From Chrysomallon squamiferum (taxonomy: Eukaryota; Animalia; Mollusca): a stretch of DNA of 64,000 bases. This document shows positions 36,114 to 48,424 of this stretch, piece after piece. Positions within the stretch are counted from its first letter, which is position 1; each line of letters opens with the position of its first letter. Made by a program: the position numbers and the translations under genes. Below the pieces are notes generated by a model. The model had not been told where the DNA came from, ran no database searches, and saw only the letters and a list, made by a program, of their open reading frames with translations. The DNA lies in the NCBI GenBank assembly GCA_012295275.1, contig CM022675.1, forward strand, positions 5,642,001 through 5,706,000, read 5' to 3'.

Positions 36114-36531
36114 TTGATAATAATAATAATAAATAAAAAAATAAATAAATGAAAATTAATAAGAAAATAAATGAAATATAATATATATTTAAAATGAATA
36201 CCGACATTTACAAAAATAACAATGACATTTTTGAGTTACCTTTAACTGTATCATTAAATAAGTTGATCCTTTTAAAACAGTATTCAAAATATTAAATTCA
36301 AATATAATAACATATAGACTTTCAACAAAAGCAGTGTTCTTTCCCTCAACTACTACATTGATCAGATGATTATCCCGAGCATTTCCAACACCAGTATCAT
36401 AGGTTGAAAAATTATTTTAAAACTCATCTTTCAAGGGCAATTATCATTTGCATTGTTGTTTGCCCGAAAAAAAATTCACTTGCCCAGTAAACAAATTTCT
36501 CTGTAAATACATGAATAAAGCATGTACATGC

Positions 36532-36562
<31 letters not shown>

Positions 36563-37349
36563 TACATTACTTTTGTTTCAGTGTATTATAAATATTATAT
36601 CATATTTAGTTACCAAAATTTAACATGTTGTATTTTACCATTTTAATATTTGTTTTTCTGTCGCAAATTGAGTTTTACTAGCGACACGAAGCGATAATGG
36701 TAAAGCTGATATTTGGAACAATAAAACTAACATTAACGTCCGCAAAGGGTAAAAAACCCAACAAGAAACAAAAAATGTACATCTAATTATTAGTATTCAA
36801 TTTCAACAACGGCATTTGTCATATGTTATTTTTCGAACTCAAACCTCGTCACAACCATTTTTTCAAATCACCCTTCTTATAGAATATAGTGCTTGTAAAG
36901 TTACAAATGGTGTTTGTGTGTTCCACGTTTTTTTTTTAGTTTTCTTAATGACAAACTTTCGGGTGTAATACTAAAATATATTTATAATCGTCCACGTACT
37001 GTAACTGTAGTTGTAACTCATTCTTTCAGAGTCCGTGAAATTTACAAATATTTTATAGGTAAAGTATAAATCGTTTTACACTTGTCAGCCTCCTGTACAG
37101 AACTTATCAACCAGCAAATAGCTCAATGATCGGTTAAAAATGCAAGTAGCTGTGCGGTTACCAAAGAGGCAGATGTTGAACGATCTGAATCCTGTATTGA
37201 TAATGATAACAGCGGAACGGTTTCTATAGAGACAGATATGGAAGAATTTGAATCTTATTCTGATAATGCTAAAACTGGCATTGATACTCCATCAGTTCCA
37301 ACGTATGACGTTGCAGATATAGTCAAGATATAGAAAGATTGTTAAGAAT

Positions 37350-38020
37350 AAGTGCTGATGACAAATTAAAATACATCGAAACACACTTTAAGCATGCATC
37401 AAATTACAAACGTTTTTGTGAACAGACAGTGAAGAAGGGACGCAGTAGCAATTCAAAGCATTAAAATGTCAGTCGTCGTGGCTAAAGCAATACACATGTT
37501 TGGTTTACAGTCTGCCAGATGCTGGTGGATATCGTAAATATTGCGTGTTATTTCCTCCAGAAAACTGAAGATTGGTGAATGCAGTTCTTGTTAATAGACC
37601 ATTCACAAATCTCCAGAAAGCAAAAGGAAAACAAGGCATCCTTGATACACATAGGGAAATGGAATATCACAGTGAAGAATCAGAATTCAGAGTGGTTTGG
37701 CGATACCGAGCAACTTGTTCACAAACTAGGTGGAACATTTTCCAAACTTCGGACAAGTCAACGGCAAAGCTGCTGTTAGATTACTATAGAAGAAACTTAG
37801 CTGTTCAGTTTTTGGACCATTGACAGTATGAAATGGAGACATCTTCTGACACTGAAACTATAACATACGCTAATATATTTGAACTTATACCATAATTATT
37901 GTTTTAAAAAGGCAACATATTTTATCTTTGTAATCAACTTTCGGCAAAACGACTTACCCTCCAACTTATACAGAAATTAAATTTTGGATATCGCATAACT
38001 CCAAATGTGAAGTTCAGCCA
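37350..38020 (+). mobile_element. Decayed hAT transposase, copy 2, lacking the dimerisation segment
   Basis: Near-identical to 1940-2620; the sequence equivalent to about 2621-3061 is deleted at ~38020. Confidence 0.72.
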
Positions 38021-38149
38021 TGGATTGTATCGTACAATCACCTATTTTGAACTGTTAAAGGTAAGTGCATGTAATTGTAATTAATCAAACATTGTAAAAC
38101 TTATGTGTACAAATTAAAGCTTCGTCCTGTAAATATTTTAAGTGTCTAT

Positions 38150-41125
38150 GCAGTTACAAGAAACAGGTCGGTCCTGTCTCGAAGCTGCAACGCATTCACT
38201 TTCTGTTCTCAGTTTACCTACGTTCCAGACAAACGCTATATAGGCCATTTCAAACGATCAGATTGGTCCAGTCCGCCTTCCCTTTCCGCTTGCAACTTCC
38301 AGTGGGGTCAGAACCCGGTGTCAGGGTCGGAATGAAGCTTCTGCAAATAATTTGCTATCATCACAGTTCAAGAACGCACACACGACTTAAAAGATTGAGT
38401 CTAAAATCTTACAGTATCAGACTGAACTACGCGCAGATAACTCTCATCAAGGGCGACAACTCCATTTTAAGGAGTCCTTTCGTCTTACGCCGACTGAATT
38501 AAAGAAGAACTGGAAGTCTTCCTATTGCACAGCATTATGTAAGGTCGGAAAGGTCATTTCCGCCAGTATTATTACTGAGTTGATGGCATGCATAAAATAA
38601 AATATAAGATAAATTTTATTGATGCATAATTATTAAAGAATAAATAAAATTAAAATACTTATCAATAATAGATATTGAATAATACATTATTCACAATTTT
38701 TGAATTTATAAATAAAATGAAAATACTTTAATTAATAACAGTGAATGGTATAATTTATATCATTTATTACAATTCATTTTTCAAAATGACATTAAATTAC
38801 AAGTAAATATAAAAATAATATATTACAATAAAAATATGATAATTAAGTACATGTCACCATTTAATAAAACATACGATAAAAATAAAAATAAAATAAAAGT
38901 TAAATAATAAATAAATAAATAAGTATATAAAGAAATAAATATTATTTTAAACTATTTTGTGAGGTCTTTTTACTTTTTCGTAATTCATTAAATTTATTTC
39001 TTAATATTCAGACAACACACTTTAATAATCTTTTCTGCTTCTTCTTTTCCAAAAGTCCCCACTAAATATGTCTTACAAAAAGTAGTAGACTTGAATAATA
39101 CATAAGGTGCATACAATGCTCGTAAGCTCCCTTTATTCTTTTCTTCTATTGGCTTATTTATATTCTTTACTAAATATAAATAATCACTGGCCTTTTTATC
39201 ATTACAAGGTAATGTTCTTTTATACATTCCCAATAAATGAGGGTCAGTTGATCCGAGAAAGATGTATTCGTGCCTCCTAAGTACAGACAAAACTTCCATA
39301 AGATCCTCACCATCTACTCTTTCGAAAGATAGACTGAATACATTATTACCGACCAGTAGATAATTTTTCATCTTTTTAATAGTAAGATCACTGAATTTCA
39401 TCACTTTATAAAACCTATTTCATAGCACGTGCATGTGTGTGTACTCGGGACAACTCACCTTATCAGACGGACTGATGGAATACGACTTCTTTCTCTTTTG
39501 CATTTTCTCTTTCGATCTATGAATGAAGGAAATTGTACTCACATCGTCCGGATAAGGTGGAAAACCAAAATCTTTTGCTCGATCATTAACCCCTTTACCA
39601 GACATCATCCCTTTGAGTAATGTCAAGGACATAAATCGAGGACTCCATTCTGAAGGTAAATCAGTTGGAGTACCCTGTTTATCTACAGTACTATTTCTGA
39701 AATTATTTTTATCCGTATACTCATAGCAATGAAATTTATTAAAAAAAAAAAAAATTCAAATTCACTTTCATAGGATTAACATATTTTATCTCAAATACTG
39801 AAGGATCTTCTGTCTTCGATCGAAAATCGTCTCCAAATGATACTGTGACAATACTCGAGTCGTCATCCATTTAAACATCTCCGACAGCATATTCTTTCAC
39901 TTTGAATAGTACATCACTAAAAGCTTCTGCTGATAAATATTCTTCTAATTCTTCTTTTTCGTTGACTTCTGGCACATCACTTTCATCTTGGAAATCTTCT
40001 TTTGATAATTCACTTTTGATACATTTTTCTTTTGCCTCCAAATTCTTCATCATGTCTTTTACATCTTCTGGATTTCTAATAATGTTTCCCAAGCAACTTC
40101 AACTAGCTTCTTCTACCACCCATTTCTGACCATTTCATTTTCTTCTTAAATTCTTAATAAGTCAATGTCTACAAAATATAAAGTTATAATATATTACACT
40201 ATTAAATAACTCGTATAAAATATACATAATTAGAAAATAATTTAAAATATATTTTAATATTATTTACTATACAGTTGCACACATCACAATTAACTTTTGC
40301 ATCTTTCTTCTATGAGTTCAAAAATGTAAATAAACTACGCATGCGTAGTATCAGCTCAGCAACAAAAATAAAAATGACACATACCTTATTTTGAAATTCC
40401 TACTGCAGCTATTTTTCTCTGTTACTTCCTTAGCAAATGCCGAAAGGATCGGACCGCCAAAGCTTTATTACTACTATTCATACTGATGATTGTGCAGTAA
40501 TATGTAGGTGTCACTTCACCTACTACTGATAGTTATCTTTAATACTATAAATAAATAAATACACAAACTGAGTTATCTCCCTCGATATACAATTCACTTT
40601 GATTATTAAATATCGTAAATACAGTTATCCTTATATGGGCTTATTGAAAACTAAGGATGACTCACCAAAATGTCGTAAGTGCATGATGAATAATGACGAC
40701 TACAATTTTCACCTTAAAATATTCAGTTTGTACTAGCTCCTCCATTTGACACTAATTTGTACAAATAAAAATATAATTAATTTATTAATTTTAAATGAAA
40801 TTTTATCATTTGAAACTGAATTTAAAAATTTTCTTAGCGATCTAACTTCCTTAAACTGTGCTTACATTACAATCATAATTATATAACATTGAATATATTA
40901 TATATCCGAAAACTATCATAATCAGGTTTTGTGATGTTAATAAATAAATGAATAACTCTAACTGTGATCGAAGAAATAAAACAAATTAAGTAATAAAAAG
41001 TTAAATAAAATCAGTAAAGCAGGTTAATGAAAAAAAATGAAGAAACACAAAATAAATAGTGATTGCTAAATTAAGTAACAAATTTAAATTTCGACTGATT
41101 TGTACTTTTAAACAACTTAACTCGC
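38150..41125. pseudogene. Block of decayed intronless ORFs of unknown, possibly viral or Maverick/Polinton-like, origin
   Basis: Minus-strand ORF pieces 39871-40092, 39420-39632 and 38994-39404 join into one ~380-codon frame with two stops and one frameshift near the A-run at ~39741. A convergent decayed plus-strand frame ends at ~38600. The two are separated by an AATAAA-rich spacer. Confidence 0.4.
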
Positions 41126-41499
41126 TTTTTTTATGGACATAACGAAGGAAAAAGAATATACACTTTTGAAGGTAGATGTATAACTGGCTTCGTCTCGATA
41201 AAAACTGAATGACTAAACTTCTCAGAGGTGACTGGTTTGTTGAAATATTATTTATTACTGTCGTTTTCTCTTTTTTATTTTTATTTTTCCAGTATAAATG
41301 CAGTGCTCACGTTGGTTTGACAATATTTGTTGAATGAAATGCATATCTCTGTTATAAAGAAGGGCAGATAAGTAAAGTACTGTATCTCTCACAGAGTTAT
41401 CTTCACAAAAGATCCCTTATTTGTCCAAACTGCCAGGAAGTTTGTCAAGTAAGATTTTATTATCCTTTTTGTTTTTATTATTAATATTTCACTGTTGTT

Positions 41500-41858
41500 G
41501 TTATTGTTGTTATTATTATTATTATTATTATTATTTTCAAATCAAGCAGATGGCACGTGTGTAATTCGATATTGCAATTATTGGAACGAAATAGAAATAA
41601 TATATAACTGTGATATAAGGCGCACGTTTGAATCGAATGTCGGTAACAGTCATTGATAAATATGAAACAGAACGGGAAAATTATTTTCTAAATGTTTAAG
41701 TACTGAAAAATAGCTTAGACATTGTTTCTTCAATGTTCCTTTACCAAGACATATATTGTATTTTACGGGTCCCGTTACGTCATAACTTAGAAATTATTAG
41801 CAAAATACCGTTTCTGACATCGGTTAATTGGTGTAACTTGATTAAAATATTAAGTATA
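41500..41858 (-). mobile_element. Inverted insertion of the dispersed (AAT)n-tailed repeat, present in unit B only
   Basis: Reverse complement of the 34650-34983 sequence, located where unit A has only an (ATT)n tract at ~5090-5110; the flanks resume colinearly. Confidence 0.7.
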
Positions 41859-42380
41859 AATATTCTTTAAAACTATAAAAACATGGGTATGTAAATAAAT
41901 AACCAGATCAACATTATGGTTGTAGAGCAAGACAGGAATCATACACAAACACATATGTATTTAAAATGCTTTATGTTAAACTAATGCTCTGAAAAACAGT
42001 TGAAATGGAGCTCTTCTGTTTTCAGGAATCCGGAGTCACCTGCCCTGCTGAATCAGACGTCCCTGTACAGAAAGAGTTATCTCTGAGAGCCCCGTGTTCT
42101 GCATTTTCATTTTCACCAAATGTTTATTGAATATTATTGTTGTTTTGTTGTTGTTTGTTTGTGCTTTTTCTCGATATATATCTAGCTGATGGAGTGTTTT
42201 ACTTCTTTTTAATTTAATTGTATTTGTGTAGACATGTTTATTTTTGGACCCAGTATTGTAAAGTTATTTAGTTATCATATCAGAGTAAAGATATATCTGT
42301 AGAGTTAATGATTCTAATTTCTGTGCTTTGCTCTGTTTTGCTGTGTATTTCTATGTTTCTATTTCTCTCTCTGTGTGTGG

Positions 42381-42430
<50 letters not shown>

Positions 42431-43398
42431 TATCACACTCAGGTGTTTCATACAGTGGATTGTACTGCAATAAACTGTTTATATATCAGTTTTATTTAAC
42501 TGTATTTTATTGCTGTTTTATTGTCTTCACAATAAACGTTTAAAATATTGTAGATGCCTTATTTAGTATATGTTTTTAATAATATTATAAATAAATGTTG
42601 GTCTGTTAATGTATATTGATTTACACAGTGCTGTGGTAATCACTTTGTTTTTAATACATACATATATACATATATATATTTTTAATACATATATATATTA
42701 CATGTGTGTGTGTGGTCTCTCTGTGTGTTAATCCAATAAGTGCCAATATATTTATCAAGTGTTGTCATTATTTATTTTGTAAAAAAGTAAAATGCTTGAC
42801 TTTGCTGTTTTTCTAAATGTGGTTTATGAATAAGTTCTACTTACGATTATACAGTATGTTTTTGTACGCTAGATTTTGAATAAAAAGAATGAGTGGGAGA
42901 GAACAATCACAGTAAATGATGAAGGATGAGAAAAAGAGAGAATATTACTAATTTACTAAAATACTGTAGTACAAACGTTCTTCATCACTTGTATTATTTT
43001 CATATCATATCAATATGTTTGTTAGAATATTCTATTTTATATGTATGTTCATTTTGAACTTATGAATTAATGGTGTTTTTTATAAATGGTTTTGAGCAAT
43101 AGTAATGGGGTATATTTGCTTTTTATTCTCAACATCTATATTTCAACTTATGAAATTATTTTAATATCGTATACTGTATTAATGAAAATATGAATAGAAG
43201 TGGAACTTTTATCAGTATTTTATAGCATTTTTAAAACATCAAGCATTCTTTTGATGTTGGTTATCTTTCCAGTTTTTTGTATAATTTTTGATTTGTTGTA
43301 TTCAGTTGTTTTGTTTTTTTGTGTTTTGTGTTTAGTTCATTTTAGCCTTTTGTTTTATTTTTATTTATTTATTTATTTATTTACTTATTTATTTATTT

Positions 43399-43433
<35 letters not shown>

Positions 43434-45030
43434 CTTATTTATTTATTTAATTAATTATTTATTTATTTATATTGGAAGTTATTCTTTTATTTAGTTTTAG
43501 TTTTTTTTGTTTTTTTAAAGATGAATGGATTTTTAAAATCTTCGTTTTTTGCTCTTTTTTCATTTGATTTTTTGCTCGTTTGTTTGTAAAGGAGTCAACG
43601 TGCTTCATTTTTCTCCTTTTGTTTAAATTTTATTTTTATGTCTACCTGTTTACCTATATTAGACTGACAGGTAGATTAATGTAAATCACAATAATTACAG
43701 AGTTCCTTTGTTTATGAAGAATTGTTCCTTTGTTTCAATTTATCATTATTTGTATATATTTGATTATATTGGTCTGCATAAATTAATGTAAAGTGAGCAT
43801 AAGTCCAGAGTTTTTTTTGTCTTCAAGTGAAAGATGAATGTACAAACATCTCAGCTAATTTTTGTATTATATGTTTTAACATTTTATGTATGATTATGAG
43901 AAAGACACTTGTTGAGGCATATGCGTGTTTATTTGTATTTGTGTCCATTTATTGTTATAAGTGTATATTTATATTTGTTATCATTATTCCATGTGTATAT
44001 GGCTGAAATTGTGTTTTAAGAATTAAAAAATTGTCAATTTCCATATGAAATATTTTTTCTTCTCGATATTATTCAGAAAACTGCAGTAGCATTTTAGATG
44101 TTGCGTTTTAATTTATCACAGAATGGTGTGTTCAGTGTAGTTATCCTTTATATTTAATAAATTATATATACCATGTAACAGCTGTTTGTTTTCTGAGAAT
44201 TATTTTTTTTTTCAGTCCTTTAAAAAGGGCATCTTTACTCATACTTGTTAAGCCGATGGAGTTTTGTTGTTTTTCTTATTTTTTGTTTCTTATTTTTCTT
44301 GATGTTATTTCTTCATTTCTAATTTCTACTTTGTTTGCTTTGTTTTTTGTATTTAGAGCAAGATGCATGCTAATGATCAATCTTCGATCTGATTACATAA
44401 CTCAACTATGGAACTCGCTAGGTGCAAAAGAAAAATGTTTAACTAGTCAGAAATCTCTACAAACTGATTGCTTCAGAACAATAGAGTCAAATAGAGTCTT
44501 TAATAAGTGTAAAGTAGAGACAATTAAGTAAAAATATGTTAATAAGAAAAAACAAAATACATGAAGACGCAGATTAAAATATTTATTGTATTTAATTTTT
44601 AATAGTGTTAGATGGTTAATTTAACACCGACACCTTAAAAATGTATACATAATTTGTATTAATTCTTTGACTTGACAAATTCGATTTTCTATGCAACTAC
44701 TTGTACAAACGTTTGTATTATATATGTATATATATATTGTTCTCTATATTGTATGTATCTGTCTAACTGTCTATATAATGTATTCCCCCAGATAGGCATC
44801 TAATTAATATAAATGTGTGTATGTGCGTGTGAGTGTGTGTTTCTCTATGTGTGTGTGTCAGTTACTATAGAGTTGTTCACAGTAGTTCATATAATTGTGT
44901 AGTTAACATTACATGGGTGGCATAAATGAAAAGAAATTCAGTTTGAAAAAAAAAACTATCAATAACACTAAACATTAATTTTGCAATAAATAAATAAATC
45001 ATCATCATTGTCATCATCATCATCATCATC

Positions 45031-45066
<36 letters not shown>

Positions 45067-48000
45067 GTTTCTCTGAATCAAAAACACTAAACTGTGATTC
45101 CTTAAAGGAAATATAATTATAAACGTTGTAATAAAACAACCAAAAATCCCAGTTTAGTTTTCAATTTATGGCAATGTTATAGGATATAGACTTTGTAATA
45201 TTTTCTATGTGATGACTGTATAAATCAGTTTTTATTTACTTACTGCTGTGACTGGTAAACTATTAATTCGTATTTCTTACATGAATAAACATTTATAATA
45301 AATTTGAAACAAAATAATAATTAAGTATTAGTAATAGATTCTTACTTTCTATATATCAGTCATTCACCATCCTCAGAATCTAGACAACTGTTTCAGACAT
45401 TCACATTTACTTTCAAGATATATTTTAAATAATTATTTAAATCAACAAATGGAAATAATAACTAAATGAATTCTAAATTTTAGTTAGAAAAAAAAATGAG
45501 GCTATAGAACTATATTAAATACATAAACAAATATGATAATAAAAAAATATATGCCAAGGTAATAACAATATTAAACATATCTTGAAGATAACTAAACAAA
45601 TCATTTATATCAAAATCAGTAACATATATAAGTATTATAATGGAAAGATGTAGTTTAATTTTAATTTAAAAATTATATGTTAAAAATTATATGTGATAAA
45701 ACATCAGGAAATATGCAAATTTAATATGTCATCAATTGAAGTATTTTAAAAAAGTGAAAAAATAACTGGACATAAAAACTAAAAATACAATAAAATATTC
45801 AAGGAAAATATCAAGGAACCACATCTGCATCAGATACATCAAAAAGCAGCAAAGTGGTAATACTAGTAGTAGTAGTACTAGTAGTAGTAGCAGTGATAAC
45901 AAAAACAAAAGATAAAAAAAAGTTTCTTTCAACAAAAAAACAAACAAATACAAATCTAAGTAATTAATAAAAGCTAATACGAAATCCTGTTCAATAATAA
46001 TAATAATAATAATAATAATGATAATAATAATTAAAATAAAAAGCTGGGTTAGGGTTATAAAGAATGTTTTTCCGTTATTTTTGTTCTATTTGTTTGTTTT
46101 TTTCTTCTCAAAATACGTGTCTTCAGTTTCAAAGTAGACTTTTAGTAAACACATTGAGTAAAATAAAAATTCAAGAAGGAAAAGAGAGAAACAATTCAAT
46201 ATTGACATTTTGTTGACTTGTGTATTAGTTATTATTTTTTTTTTTTTTTTTTGTTGATAAACAAATATAAAAACCTATAGAAAACAAAACTATCCTAAAA
46301 CAAGATTACATAAGCAATAAATGCAAATGAAACAGTTCAAAACAAAACTATTTCACAAGTCAATGGGTCTCAGAATAAAGTAGTAAATTAAAGTAAACTT
46401 CATACATCAGAAATCACAAACATAAATTAGTTTCCTTAACAGCAACAGTTATATTCATTATTATCCATACATGCTTCAAACAAAAATTATAAACTTCACT
46501 GTTTAGTTAACTAAACAATATATTCATATCTAAATCATTAGATGCATAAGTCTTATAATGGAAAAATGCAGTTTAATTTTAAATATACCTTCACACTGGT
46601 ATATGATGAAGCATCAGGAAATTTGCAAATTTAATCTGTTATCAACTTATATATTTTAACAAAGACAAAACAATTATTACACATAAAAAAGAAAATATAT
46701 TCAAGGAAAATATGCTGGAATCATATCTGGATTAGATACATCATAAAACAACAAAGTAGTAGTAGTAGTAGCAGCAGTAGTAATAATAAATAGATAGATA
46801 AGTTTTAAACATCTGGGCTGACTTGTGTATTAATTATTATTCTCTTTTGTTGATAATAAGTATAAAAACCTATATAAAACCAGTCATTTAAGAATGTACA
46901 TATTGTAAGAAATAACCATCCTAAAACAGCATTACACAAACAATAAAGTTAAATAAAACTATTTCACAAGTCAGTGTGTGCTGCTTTAAGAGCTCATTTA
47001 CAAGAACTTGTTTCAATACACATATCGGACAAAGCCAAAGTGAATAGTTTGTCCTCCGATTCTGATGAAAGTAATGGTAAAGACAGAGTTTCAATTCACG
47101 ATTCAGGTAATCATAATGGGTCTGACAAGATTAGTGACGATGACCGCATTGCTTCTAGTGCTTTATAGCACACTCGATGAATTATATTTTCTAAATGAAA
47201 TAACTGTTTTTGCTGACAAGGATGATACTGTTTTATTAGCATTACCATTTTAAGAAGTCTGGTGGAAGAAGATCTACTGACATACGATGATGGTGTTACA
47301 AGAGTAGTTTCCTTTGTTCTCATCTTTTCAAAATACAACGCTCTTGTACTGCCAGGAACACTTTTGTTTTTAATCATGTTACAGTGCTGTAATAGAACTA
47401 TATATATTAAATTTAGAAGAGCAGAGATTTAGAGATGGAATGAAAATGATCAACAATAAAATCAAAGATAAGAAATAACTGAAATAAGTGTTCAGAAAAT
47501 ATATGTTCAAACGGTTTTCTTTCTTTGTTTATGTAAAGCAGGGTGCAGAAAGTAGCTACTTGATACATTTAATAAAGCTACAAGAATTTTCTTCATCATG
47601 ATGATATTTATTTTACTTGTAATAATTATGGAAACTGTCAGGCCCAGATTTGATATTAATAACAGCTCAGATAACTGAATTATTGATCAATAAGTGATAG
47701 GCTCTAATAATTACTAAGTCTTTTTTTTTAATAAAAATATCTGGTCATCGAGCTCTTATAATACACCCATGGAGAATATTTACTTAATATATAACAATTA
47801 CCTGCCCAATGCCAGAAAAATAAAAATCTGATCATGTAAAAGTCCAGGAAGAACAAATTCAAAACGTTACTTTGGAGCTTTCACTATTACAACACATGGT
47901 CCAGAACTCAAATGAAACTGTTCTGGGTTTGTGTTTACATTTGCCCCGAAATGTTCCTTGTTCAAAGAAAATAACAAATCATCATAACATATTTGACGAC

Positions 48001-48424
48001 ACACATACCCCATGCAGCCAGGACTACTGTAGTTTTTAACACAGAAAAGCTTTGGATTGTTTCTGTTCATTTGTGACGCAGTTCCCCAGGATCTCCGAGG
48101 GACGTGTGTCAGCAAAATATCAAATGGTGGCATTAGCTTCTTTGACGATTTCTTTGTTTTACAACCAACTGTGTTTGTGAGGAACATCTGCATTTACAAT
48201 ACGAAAAATGTTCCAGTCATAATAACCATAACATTGTTTTGTGTTATTTACTTTGACATGTGCCTTCACAAATCAGTTTCTTTAAATTTCTTAATTTGCT
48301 CCTGGTAAATGTTTTGGCCTGATAAAACAAAATTACAGAGGAAACTGTTTCTTATTTAGATAGCGCTGTAAATGCTGTTAACCGTTGTAGAATCACTTAT
48401 CCTAAAATTGCCCAAAAAGTTGTC

